This document shows positions 8,530 through 17,341 of a stretch of DNA of 64,000 nucleotides, piece after piece (within the stretch, counting starts at the first letter, position 1; each line of letters opens with the position of its first letter). The notes beneath the pieces were generated by a model. It was not told the DNA's origin. It saw nothing but the letters and a program-made list of their open reading frames with translations, and did not search any database. A program made the position numbers and the translations under genes. Origin of the DNA: Capsulimonadaceae bacterium (GTDB lineage: Bacteria; Armatimonadota; Armatimonadia; Armatimonadales; Capsulimonadaceae); the NCBI GenBank assembly GCA_965215505.1, contig OZ244065.1, forward strand, positions 3,200,001 through 3,264,000, written 5' to 3'.

Positions 8530-9264
8530 TCACGCGAACAAGTACCCGAACACGCTCTCGCCGACGCGCTTGTCGGGGGCCTCGATGGAGTTTGCCTCTT
8601 CACGCGCGAATTTCACCGATTGCTGCAACTTGTCCACGCGGTCCAGAAGCTCCTTGACGCGGGAAGCCGGGAGCGCGCCGGAGAACTTCACCGTCTTCCA
8701 GTAGCCGACGATGATGTCCTCCATATAGGTTTCCACCTGGGCCGGGTGCTTGTCGGTCGCCTCGGCCTTGACGTGGTTGCGCGGGACCTTTTTGGTCTTG
8801 GCTGTCTGGACGGCCTCGGTGACGTAGGCGTCCGCCGAGGGGTCGAAGGTCCACGTCTCGGACGGGTCCAGGGTGGGCAGCTTGCGGATGAACGTGTGCA
8901 TGTCCACGAGCTGCTTTTCCAGAAACAGCAGGTAGGTGGCGGGCACGTCGGCGGCTAATGTCCGGCCGTCCACCACGATGTCGGCGCGGGCCTGGCAGTT
9001 GGCCCAGTCTTTCGCCGCCGTGACATCAAACAATTTGGTCAGGATTTTGGCTGTGTCCTTGATGACGGTTTCGGCGGACGACTGCACGCGCGTGAACTCG
9101 GGCGGGAACTGCTCGCCCTCTTCATCCTTGGGCTGATAGGTGCGCGACAGCCCCGCCAGCAGGCTCGGCTTCTGGAGCAGGTGGTGGGCCTCGGTCAGCT
9201 CCTGGAACGAGGTGCTTTTGACGCCCTTCTCGATGGCGATGATCTGGTTCAGCTTTGCGGCCAT
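8530..9264 (-). CDS. Conserved hypothetical helical/coiled-coil protein (244 aa, DUF7873-like from memory), candidate partner of the ncRNA
   Basis: MAAKLNQIIAIEKGVK...RTYQPKDEEGEQFPPE...DVPATYLLFLEKQL...KFSGALP...KFAREEAN; RBS AGGAG upstream. Confidence 0.85.
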   Translation of the reverse strand: MAAKLNQIIAIEKGVKSTSFQELTEAHHLLQKPSLLAGLSRTYQPKDEEGEQFPPEFTRVQSSAETVIKDTAKILTKLFDVTAAKDWANCQARADIVVDGRTLAADVPATYLLFLEKQLVDMHTFIRKLPTLDPSETWTFDPSADAYVTEAVQTAKTKKVPRNHVKAEATDKHPAQVETYMEDIIVGYWKTVKFSGALPASRVKELLDRVDKLQQSVKFAREEANSIEAPDKRVGESVFGYLFA

Positions 9265-9313
9265 GGCGTTGGTTCTCTCCTGTGCGGCGTTGACAAATCG
9301 GGAAACATGGTGT

Positions 9314-9425
9314 GTAGGGGCGCCGCTTGCCGCGCCCTCCTTCCCCTCCGACACGCGGGAGGGAACACCCGGAGAGCGGCTGGACCCCGAACCGGAAAGG
9401 AGGGCGCGGCAAGCGGCGCCCCTAC
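9314..9425. repeat. Inverted doublet of GTAG-type REP (GTAGGGGCGCCGCTTGCCGCGCCCT)
   Basis: 9314-9338 and its reverse complement at 9401-9425. Confidence 0.8.
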
Positions 9426-9492
9426 CGTCCTGGTCACGAGGCAGGTGGCAGGATTAGGCGGAAGCTTGAGCGTGAACTCTAATGCCGGAACT

Positions 9493-10848
9493 CTAATGCC
9501 GGAACCCTAGCCCGCTCCCGCCCGTGGTCATCTCGGCCAGTGCCTCAGGGTCGTCCATGCGCTTCAGGTGGGCCTTCAGCTCGTCCACTTGGGCCAGCAC
9601 CGACCGGGCGAACTGGTCATCCAGAGTCGTCGCGCCCTCCTGGGCGCGCTCCAAAGCGGCGGAGACGAAGGCCTCTTTGAGATAGGCGGGCGTGAAGCCA
9701 TCAGTGCGCTCGGCGACGGTGCGGGCCAGCGTCTCGGCGTCGAAGTCGGGGGCCAGGCGGGCGCGCAGGGACGACCGGGCCAGGAGGCGCAGGCAGAACT
9801 CGCGACGCTCGGCGGCCTGGGGCGGGCCGATGTGGAAGACGCGGTCGAACCGGGAGGGCCGCTTCAGCAGGGCCTCGTCAATGCGGCCCGGATGGTTGGA
9901 CGAGGCGACGATCAAAAGCCCCTCGTTGTTCTGGAAGCCGTCCAGTTCGTTCAGGAAGACGGTCCGGTTGTCCTCGTGGACCAGGCCGTCCAGGTCTTCA
10001 AAGGCCAGGATGCAGGGCGCGAGCTGCCGGGCGCGCTGAAAGATGGTACGGACGGCGTCGTCGTGGCTGTAGGGCTGCAAGTCGCGGACATACAGGAACG
10101 GCAGGTCCGGCAGGGCGGCGGCGACCGCCTTGCAGATCATCGTCTTGCCGGTGCCGGGCGGGCCGACCAGCAGGACGCCGCGCCTCCAGGCGAAGCCGAG
10201 GGCCGCGTAGGCGTCCCGGTTGCGGACGAAGCCTTCCACGGCGTCCCGCACGCGCGTCGCGGTCTCGGGGGGCAGGACGATGTCGTCCCAGGTGACCTTG
10301 CCGATCTCGGCGTCCATGTCCGGCGCGTTCTCCCAGCCGTGCGTGTAGCGCAGGCAGCGCCCCGCCGGCCGCTCGACGAAGGCGGCCATCTCGCCGGCGA
10401 AGGCAGCCAGCAGCGCCTCAGACTCGGCCAGGAACAGGACATAGCCGATCCGCGCGGCGCACGGGACGAAGGCGGCTTCGAAGGCCGCGCCGTGCCAGTG
10501 CGCTTCGAGCCAGCCGAGGTACGGGACGACCTCGCCGTCCTGGCCCTGGCTCAGAAAGCCGTCCGAGCCGGGCGAGAGGCTCCGCACCGGGCTGGCCTCC
10601 GCGTCCAAAAAGCGGCGCAATTGGACGCGGTCTATGTACATCATCAGGGTCGCCCCGGCGGGGCGGACGCGGCGGATCTCGCGCAGCAGGGCGTCCTCGG
10701 AGTTGTCCCCGTAGGCCTCCGCCCGCAGGGCCTCGTTCAAGGCCGCCGTCCGCCAGTCTTCGGGCGCGTCGGGGTCCGGCCGCAGCCCTTCGGTCAGTCC
10801 TTCAAGCAGGTCTTCAGGTCGCCCGTCCGTGGTCGGGAGTGTTTCCAT
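9493..10848 (-). CDS. AAA+ ATPase (paralog 2)
   Basis: GPPGTGKT, ILAFEDLD, FLNELDG, ALLKRPSRFD; closely similar to 6502-7809. Confidence 0.93.
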   Translation of the reverse strand: METLPTTDGRPEDLLEGLTEGLRPDPDAPEDWRTAALNEALRAEAYGDNSEDALLREIRRVRPAGATLMMYIDRVQLRRFLDAEASPVRSLSPGSDGFLSQGQDGEVVPYLGWLEAHWHGAAFEAAFVPCAARIGYVLFLAESEALLAAFAGEMAAFVERPAGRCLRYTHGWENAPDMDAEIGKVTWDDIVLPPETATRVRDAVEGFVRNRDAYAALGFAWRRGVLLVGPPGTGKTMICKAVAAALPDLPFLYVRDLQPYSHDDAVRTIFQRARQLAPCILAFEDLDGLVHEDNRTVFLNELDGFQNNEGLLIVASSNHPGRIDEALLKRPSRFDRVFHIGPPQAAERREFCLRLLARSSLRARLAPDFDAETLARTVAERTDGFTPAYLKEAFVSAALERAQEGATTLDDQFARSVLAQVDELKAHLKRMDDPEALAEMTTGGSGLGFRH

Positions 10849-11085
10849 TGGTGTCTTCCCCAAACGTGAAATGCCCCCGCCGCCGCGAACGGGCAGTCGG
10901 GGGCGCGAGAAACTCTAATCAGTGTGTCAGTGTACCTGCACCCCCGCCCGCTTGTCAAGTTTCGCCCCGCCCACGGCATTCCCCCGTCTGCCACGATTAC
11001 CAGTTTCTACCACTTGATGCTCTCTTTTTGGCCTCCAGAACCCCATATTGAAGGCAGAAATCACACGGCGAAGGAGAGTAGTATC

Positions 11086-11925
11086 TTGTATCCTTTCGGC
11101 AATCGGAAAGGCGGCCATTCTGGGGCGGCCTGGCTGGCGGGGGCCGCCCTGGCCCTGGGCGGCGCGTCGGCGGCGCGGGCGCAGACCCAGACCTTCACGT
11201 TCTCCAGCGACCTGTCCGGCTCCCAGGTCGTGACGCTCGCGCAGGGCTGCGACTCGGCGACCTCGCAGGTTTATGCGGGCCGCTACAAGGGGCAGCTCGG
11301 GTCCGGCCCGGCCACGAACATCTTCTGCGTCGACCCCGCTCATGAGATCAACGTCGGCGACACCTACGCGGCGAACACGCAGTACAACATCACCGGCCCG
11401 GCGGGGGCTTTGAACGGCGGCTACTATGCCGGCGGACTGGCCTCGGCCCTGACGGACGGCGACATCGCCTCGGTCACGCTGACCCAGGCCGGCGGGCGGG
11501 CGTCCGAGGTGGCCTACCTCGCCGACACCTACCTGAACGCCGCCAGCTTCAGCGGGGCCTCGGGCAGCACGGACGTCAATGCCAACCTCACCGGGCTGGG
11601 CCTGAGCGTCTGGGACATCCTCCAGGACGGCGGCGGTGGGCTGACCTCGGGCCAGCTCCGGACGGGCGCGTCGGACGCCGCCGCCTATGGCGGCCTGGTG
11701 AGCTACTACGAGGGGGTGGCGGCGGCCCACACCGGCTACACCTCCCAGACGGCGGCCTGGGTGCAGGCCCCGCAGTCGGCAGGGGGTGGGCACATGCAGG
11801 ACTTCGTCTACGAGAGGCCGGCCCCCGCGCCGCAGGCCGTGCCGGAGCCGGGCACCCCCGCGTTCCTGTTCAGCCTGGGCCTCGTCGCCGGCGGCTTCTG
11901 GCTGCGCCGGCGGCGGAGGGCATAA
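11086..11925 (+). CDS. PEP-CTERM sorted surface protein
   Basis: Probable TTG start after AAGGAG, signal peptide ending ARA-QT, C-terminal VPEP-TM-RRRRRA. Confidence 0.85.
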   Translation: MYPFGNRKGGHSGAAWLAGAALALGGASAARAQTQTFTFSSDLSGSQVVTLAQGCDSATSQVYAGRYKGQLGSGPATNIFCVDPAHEINVGDTYAANTQYNITGPAGALNGGYYAGGLASALTDGDIASVTLTQAGGRASEVAYLADTYLNAASFSGASGSTDVNANLTGLGLSVWDILQDGGGGLTSGQLRTGASDAAAYGGLVSYYEGVAAAHTGYTSQTAAWVQAPQSAGGGHMQDFVYERPAPAPQAVPEPGTPAFLFSLGLVAGGFWLRRRRRA

Positions 11926-11937
11926 CCTGACCGCTGT

Positions 11938-12015
11938 TGTTCCCGGTAGCTGTTCTCAGTAGCTGTTCTCGGTAGCTGTTCTCGGTGATCGTAGGGGCGA
12001 ACCTTGTGTTCGCCC
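11938..12015. repeat. 13-bp tandem repeat x4 followed by GTAG REP (GTAGGGGCGAACCTTGTGTTCGCCC)
   Basis: TGTTCTCGGTAGC-like units abut the REP. Confidence 0.8.
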
Positions 12016-12203
12016 TTTTTCTTTGTTGCAGCCTCTTTTTTGTTCCCCGTACACTTACCTGTTTCCAGTTCACACAGAAGTCGAGCAAAAATCTGTCGGA
12101 TTGTCATGTTTATAGACATAAACTGCGGGGTATCTCTCAGACCGGTAGAGTAACAGATCAGCGCAGCATGACAGCGCGGCGTTTCAACGGAGCAACCCAC
12201 CCA

Positions 12204-12383
12204 ATGCCGGATCAAGAGCCGCCCAAGCGGACAGTGCAGATGTATGACCGCCCCGCCAGTGCGGACCGCCCCCCCCTGGGGCGGATCATTCCCCTCGTGG
12301 TCGTCCTGCTCCTGGCGGCGCTCACCGCCGCCTGGTTCATCTTCCACGCCCACTCCGGACAGCCCCTCCCTGCGGGGCACTGA
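12204..12383 (+). CDS. Small single-TM protein
   Basis: GGAG RBS, MPDQEPPKRTVQMYDRP, then a hydrophobic helix. Confidence 0.6.
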   Translation: MPDQEPPKRTVQMYDRPASADRPPLGRIIPLVVVLLLAALTAAWFIFHAHSGQPLPAGH

Positions 12384-12423
12384 AGCGTTCAAACACACTA
12401 GAAACTGGATACGAGGAGCAGAC

Positions 12424-13059
12424 ATGGTGACAACGGTGACACTGGCGGGAGGCGGGCAGGCCATCCTGGAGGACGCCCCGCGCCACGAGGAGGACGGGAA
12501 GGTCCTGCTCCGGCTGGAGACGGGGGGACATGTGCTTGTCCCCGAGAGTGCGCTGCTCCAGGAAGGCGGCGGATACCGCCTGCCCTTCACGGCGGCCGAG
12601 CTTGCGGGCGGCATGTTCGGGACGGACGCGGGCGGGCTGACGGCGTCCGTCGCCCGGCCCCTGGGCGAGTCCGGCGACGGCAGCGTCACCGTCCCGCTGA
12701 TGGAGGAGACGCTGCGTGTGACCAAGCGGGAGGTCGTCACCGGCGGCGTCCGCCTGGTCAAGCGCGTCACGGAGCGTGAGGAGACCGTGGACGAGCCGCT
12801 GCTGCGCGAGTCCGTCCGGGTCGAGCGCGTCCCGATCAACCGCCTCGTCGCCGAGACGCCCGGCTCGCGCCAGGAGGGCGACACGCTCATCGTCCCGATT
12901 TTGGAAGAGGTCCTCGTCGTCGAGAAGCGCCTCATGCTCATGGAAGAGGTACGGATCACGCGGACGCGGACCGAAGTCCGCGAGCCGCAGACGGTGACGT
13001 TACGCAGCGAAGAGGCGGTCATCGAGGGCATCACCCCCGACGCGCCGCTCACGGACTGA
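12424..13059 (+). CDS. YsnF/AvaK (DUF2382) domain stress protein
   Basis: VPLMEETLRVTKREVVTGGVRLVKRV, IVPILEEVLVVEKRL; GAGGAG RBS. Confidence 0.88.
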   Translation: MVTTVTLAGGGQAILEDAPRHEEDGKVLLRLETGGHVLVPESALLQEGGGYRLPFTAAELAGGMFGTDAGGLTASVARPLGESGDGSVTVPLMEETLRVTKREVVTGGVRLVKRVTEREETVDEPLLRESVRVERVPINRLVAETPGSRQEGDTLIVPILEEVLVVEKRLMLMEEVRITRTRTEVREPQTVTLRSEEAVIEGITPDAPLTD

Positions 13060-13117
13060 CAGACCACAGCTCACACAGCAGATCAGAGACAGATCACACA
13101 CACAGAAGGAAAAGAAA

Positions 13118-14218
13118 ATGGCAAAGACAGTCGTAGGCTTGTTCGATGATTTCGCCGAGGCGCAGAGCGTCGTGCAGGACTTGGTGGACGCCGGGTTCTC
13201 GCGCAGTGACATCAGCATCGCCGCCAACCAGACGGCGAGCGGCTACACCAGTGACGGCACGACCGGCACGACCACGGGCGCGGGCGAAGGCCATGCCGTG
13301 GGCAAGGACGCCGGCATCGGCGCGGGCATCGGCGGCGCGGTCGGCCTGCTGGCCGGGCTTGGCCTGCTGGCGATCCCCGGCGTCGGCCCGATCCTCGCGG
13401 CCGGCCCGCTGGCGGCGGCCTTCGGCGTCGGCGTCGTCGGCAGCACCCTCAGCGGCGCGGTCGTCGGCGGCATCGTCGGCGGCCTGGTCGGCGCGCTGAC
13501 CCACATCGGCGTCCCCAAGGAGCATGCCGAGTACTACTCCGAGGGCGTCCGCCGGGGCGGCACGCTGGTCACAGTGAACGCGCCGGACAGCCAGGCGGAA
13601 GAGGCCGTGGACATCCTGAACGGCCACGGCGCGGTGGACATCGAGGAGCGCGGCGCTGCCTACCGGACCGGCGGCTACACCGGCTACAGCGAGACGGCCG
13701 TGCCCTACACGACCGAGGAAGTAACGCGCGAGCGTGACCTGTACCGCACGGCCCCCGTCGCCTCCACGGCGACCCTGACGGCCCCGGCAGCGACCGGCAC
13801 CGTCAATGCGGGCGACGAGCAGGTGCTTCAGGTCGTCGAAGAGGACTTGGCCGTCGGCAAGCGGCAGGTACAGCGCGGCGGTGCCCGCATCCACACCTTC
13901 GTCACCGAGCGGCCCGTCGAGGAGAGCGTGTCGCTGCACGAGGAGCATGTCACCATCGAGCGCCGCCCGGTGGACCGTGCCGTGACGAGTGCCGACACCG
14001 CCTTCCGCGAGGGCAGCATCGAAGTCACCGAGACGGCCGAGGTCCCCGTGGTCTCCAAGGAGGCCCGCGTGGTGGAGGAAGTCGTCGTCGGCAAGACCGC
14101 GACCGACCGCGTGGAGACCGTCTCGGACACCGTCCGCCGCACCGATGTGGAGGTCGAGGAGATCCCCGGCACGACTACGACGACCGGCACCACGACAACG
14201 GGCACGACCAAGTTCTAA
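13118..14218 (+). CDS. General stress protein (YflT-like, glycine zipper) with YsnF/AvaK domain
   Basis: MAKTVVGLFDD, AIPGVGPILAAGPL, YSEGVRRGG, VVEEDLAVGKRQV. Confidence 0.88.
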   Translation: MAKTVVGLFDDFAEAQSVVQDLVDAGFSRSDISIAANQTASGYTSDGTTGTTTGAGEGHAVGKDAGIGAGIGGAVGLLAGLGLLAIPGVGPILAAGPLAAAFGVGVVGSTLSGAVVGGIVGGLVGALTHIGVPKEHAEYYSEGVRRGGTLVTVNAPDSQAEEAVDILNGHGAVDIEERGAAYRTGGYTGYSETAVPYTTEEVTRERDLYRTAPVASTATLTAPAATGTVNAGDEQVLQVVEEDLAVGKRQVQRGGARIHTFVTERPVEESVSLHEEHVTIERRPVDRAVTSADTAFREGSIEVTETAEVPVVSKEARVVEEVVVGKTATDRVETVSDTVRRTDVEVEEIPGTTTTTGTTTTGTTKF

Positions 14219-14237
14219 GGCCGAGCGCGGCACGAAG

Positions 14238-14277
14238 AAGCCCCTGGACCGGATCACTCCGGCCCAGGGGCTTTTCC
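14238..14277 (+). terminator. Intrinsic terminator
   Basis: AAGCCCCTGG...CCAGGGGCTTTT. Confidence 0.7.
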
Positions 14278-14324
14278 TTTGTCGGAACCGGCAAACAGGG
14301 TATAGAAGTGCGGGGGGATTTACA

Positions 14325-14993
14325 ATGCCACAAAAACTAGCCGGCGTGCTGCTCGACATAGATGGCACGCTCATTGACAGCAACGACGCCAACACGCGCG
14401 CCTGGGTGGAGGCATTCCTGGCGCACGGGATCGAGATCAACTACATGAAGCTGCGCGAGGGTATCGGCATGGGCGGCGACAACTTCCTGCCGAAGATCGC
14501 CCACATCAAGAGCGACAGCCCGGAGGGCAAGGCCGTCAGCGAAACCCGCAGCGAGATTATGAAGTCCAAGTACTTCCCGACCCTGCAAGCCTTTCCGCAG
14601 GTGAAAGAGCTATTAACGCGGCTGCACGCGGACGGCCTGAAGCTGGTCGTCGCCACGTCCGCCAAGTCCGACGAGGCCGACATCCTGCTGAAACTGACCG
14701 GCGCGGCGGACCTGATAGACACCATCGCGACGACCGAGGACGCCGAGAACTCCAAGCCGGACCCGGACATCATCCACGCCGCCCTCCAGAAGTCCGGCCT
14801 GGATGCCGCCTCGGTGGTCATGCTCGGCGACACGCCCTACGACGTCGAAGCGGCCAAGAAGGCTGGCGTCGCCACCATCGGCGTCCGCTGCGGCGGCTGG
14901 ACGGCCCCGGAGTTGAAAGGGGCATTGGCCGTCTACACCGACCCCGCCGATCTGCTGGCTCACTATGACGAGTCAGTGTTTGGCAAGAAGTAA
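14325..14993 (+). CDS. HAD family hydrolase
   Basis: DIDGTLIDS, ATS, KPDPD, GDTPYD. Confidence 0.92.
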   Translation: MPQKLAGVLLDIDGTLIDSNDANTRAWVEAFLAHGIEINYMKLREGIGMGGDNFLPKIAHIKSDSPEGKAVSETRSEIMKSKYFPTLQAFPQVKELLTRLHADGLKLVVATSAKSDEADILLKLTGAADLIDTIATTEDAENSKPDPDIIHAALQKSGLDAASVVMLGDTPYDVEAAKKAGVATIGVRCGGWTAPELKGALAVYTDPADLLAHYDESVFGKK

Positions 14994-15014
14994 TGGGAAC
15001 ATTCTGCGTATCGT

Positions 15015-15073
15015 GTAGGGGCGCGATTCATCGCGCCCTCTTTCCCTGCCGCGCCCTCTTTCCCTGCCGCGCC
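15015..15073. repeat. GTAG REP plus 18-bp tandem duplication
   Basis: GTAGGGGCGCGATTCATCGCGCCC, then CGCGCCCTCTTTCCCTGC x2. Confidence 0.75.
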
Positions 15074-15873
15074 TAATGCTCCAACGCCAGCACCAGGCAC
15101 TTGGCCGAGCCGCCGGATTTGATGAACTCCGACAGGTCCGTCGCGTGGACCGTGTACCCGCGCGCCCTCAAGTCCCCCACCAGCGCCTCGCACCCGCTGT
15201 TCATCACGATCTGTTGCCCCGCCACGACCGCGTTGCCGCCGAAGCGCAGGGCGTCTGCCTCGGTCAGCGTGATCTTCTCCCCCGGCAAAGCCTCAATCGT
15301 GGCGTTCGCCCGCACATCGAAGGCGGGCGGATAGTATGCCAAAAGCTCGGGCGAAACCGGGATCAGGCAGGTATCCAGGTGATACCAGCGGCTGTCCACC
15401 AGCCGCAGCGGCAGGACGGGGACGCCTAACAGCTCCCCCACCCCTCGGCACGCCGCCTCGTCCGACCTCTGCCCCCACCCCGTCAGCAGCGTGTCGCCGT
15501 AGAACAGCGCGTCGCCCTCGCCCTCGAAGGCCCCCGCCACCTGCTCAGTCAGCGGCTTCAGGTGGAACCCGTTTTCCAGCATCCACTGGATGAAGAACGC
15601 CACCTCGCCCTGCCGCTCCACGGGCCGGAAGCGCGACGGCACGAACCAGTCGCCCTTCGTCAGCCCCGCGTTCGCCGTGAACACCATGTCCGGCAGGCCC
15701 GGCTGCGGCGCGACCAGGGCCACGTCCGCCCCCACCTCTTCCCGCAGGATGGTATAGAGGGCGGTCCACTGCGCCCGCGCCCGCTCGGGGTCCGGCCCGT
15801 TCGCGACCCGCATCCAGGCGTTGATCTCGTAAGTCACATCAAAATGTTCCGGCGGGCACATCAGGAGGCGCAT
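15073..15873 (-). CDS. Amidinotransferase / dimethylargininase family protein
   Basis: PDMVFTAN, FEGEGD, YHLDTC, EFIKSGGSAKCL. Confidence 0.9.
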   Translation of the reverse strand: MRLLMCPPEHFDVTYEINAWMRVANGPDPERARAQWTALYTILREEVGADVALVAPQPGLPDMVFTANAGLTKGDWFVPSRFRPVERQGEVAFFIQWMLENGFHLKPLTEQVAGAFEGEGDALFYGDTLLTGWGQRSDEAACRGVGELLGVPVLPLRLVDSRWYHLDTCLIPVSPELLAYYPPAFDVRANATIEALPGEKITLTEADALRFGGNAVVAGQQIVMNSGCEALVGDLRARGYTVHATDLSEFIKSGGSAKCLVLALEH

Positions 15874-15892
15874 GTAATTCGATTCTGGTCCA

Positions 15893-16807
15893 TCAGTATG
15901 GCCCTAAAAATCGCTCCCCGTTGAAGTGAATGAGATGGGTTGGCGAGTCCGCGAACCAAACCTCGGTTTCCCACGAGATGTCTGCTGCATAAGGGGCGAA
16001 TGCCTTTCGTGTCAGGAATGTCGTGACGAACACGAGTCCGGCAGAAGAGGCGCGGAACAAGTGCTTCAGTTCCTCATGGCGTTTGGCGTTCACTGGACCG
16101 TGAGAAGTAACGGCCTCTATCAGAATCAGCCAGTTCTTTAAAGTATGATGCACTATGACATCTGGCATCTTCCCGTGTTCGTCTACCGTCACACCCAGCG
16201 CCGTCAGCCCCTGTTGGTCGAAGTAGGCAAACTTGTTGTCGGTGTCGCCAACGTACAACAGTTTGCTCCCAGGTAAGTAGTGCGGACAGAAATCTTCCAT
16301 GATGCGCTCAACCAGAACGTTTTGTCCTCCTGGTGAGAGGGTGATGATCTGCCCTGGCGTGATCTGAATAGGAATGCGTAGCATCTCCCGCTCCTGAGCG
16401 TAGCGTTCCTTAAGTGTTTGAGTCGAGGCCAAGTACACGGCCACGCTCTGCTCCCATTCCGCTGTTCCGAATGTTCGCAATAGCTCCAAGGCACTCGCCT
16501 CGACCTGATAGACGTTATGGGGACTATTAATAGGACGGTCCTTTTTGTCAGGGTTGGCAATCACCAGCCCAGATTCTATGAATTGGTGGACAGTGAACCG
16601 TCGCACGGTCTCCCGAGTGTTAGGAGCATAGTTCTTGCCGTATTGCTTCGCCGCGAACTCCATTATGGGGGTGATGCCGAGCAGAGGGGCCTCGGCCTCC
16701 GACCAGTTTTGCCCCGGTTTTAAATTCAGTAGGGCGAGCAGAATCAGCCCTGACCGTTCGTTGCGCTGGGCCATAGGCAAACCTAGTGGGTCACTTGGCA
16801 TGGGCAT
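15893..16807 (-). CDS. BsuBI/PstI family type II restriction endonuclease; native N-terminus apparently replaced by an IS end
   Basis: [63 protein letters not shown]; lower GC. Confidence 0.85.
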   Translation of the reverse strand: MPMPSDPLGLPMAQRNERSGLILLALLNLKPGQNWSEAEAPLLGITPIMEFAAKQYGKNYAPNTRETVRRFTVHQFIESGLVIANPDKKDRPINSPHNVYQVEASALELLRTFGTAEWEQSVAVYLASTQTLKERYAQEREMLRIPIQITPGQIITLSPGGQNVLVERIMEDFCPHYLPGSKLLYVGDTDNKFAYFDQQGLTALGVTVDEHGKMPDVIVHHTLKNWLILIEAVTSHGPVNAKRHEELKHLFRASSAGLVFVTTFLTRKAFAPYAADISWETEVWFADSPTHLIHFNGERFLGPY

Positions 16808-17036
16808 AGCCTTTGCGCCTCGGTCGGGCCACGGGACTGAGCGTGCATGCCCCAGAGTCACCCAGCGCATGCCGGCGCTGCCGGGCTCGCTCCCGCCGCA
16901 GATGACGCGCCCCGCCCCAGACAAAGGGCGTCGGTTCCCGGTTCCAGGCGCGGGCCGTGGCCTCCAGCCAGTCCATGATCTGCTCCGGCCCGCTCGGGTG
17001 CTGGCCGGACAGGGCGCGGCGTTTGAGGATGTTCTG
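16783..17036 (-). mobile_element. IS630-like transposase C-terminal remnant with right end (CAAGTGACCCACTAG)
   Basis: [14 protein letters not shown]...[20 protein letters not shown] resembles IS630 C-termini; ends at CTAG (TA target). Confidence 0.65.
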
Positions 17037-17339
17037 GGCGACGACGTAGATGCTGTCCGGAGGATTGTCGCTACGACACAACCGACTGACGACTGCTGCG
17101 AACAGGGAGCCGACGCCCGCCCCGGCGTCAAGGAGGGAGACTTCGGGCATGTCAAGGGCCAGCATGGACGCCAACAGGCGAGCCACCGGGGCGGCGGAAA
17201 GGAATTGGCCCCTCTCGCGGCGGCACTCCCGGAGAAGCCGCGGAGCCGCTTCCAAGCGCAGCGCCTCGGCCACGTCCAACGGGTCGGCAAGAGCTGACGG
17301 AGCAGGGGCGGTCATTGTGAAAGTCAGGGAGGGCGGCAT
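17037..17339 (-). pseudogene. N-terminal fragment of a BsuBI/PstI (Eco57I-like) adenine methyltransferase
   Basis: [17 protein letters not shown] and motif [12 protein letters not shown]; no NPPY catalytic motif; abruptly fused to the transposase fragment. Confidence 0.75.
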
Positions 17340-17341
17340 TG

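Noticed and set aside
8062-8958. ORFs 8062-8277 (-), 8196-8384 (+) and 8221-8958 (+)
   Set aside because: They overlap the structured RNA, the repeat or the antisense strand of a real gene, and have no recognisable motifs.
15893-17290. 465-aa form of the restriction endonuclease
   Set aside because: The upstream part is an alternative frame over the methylase and IS fragments.
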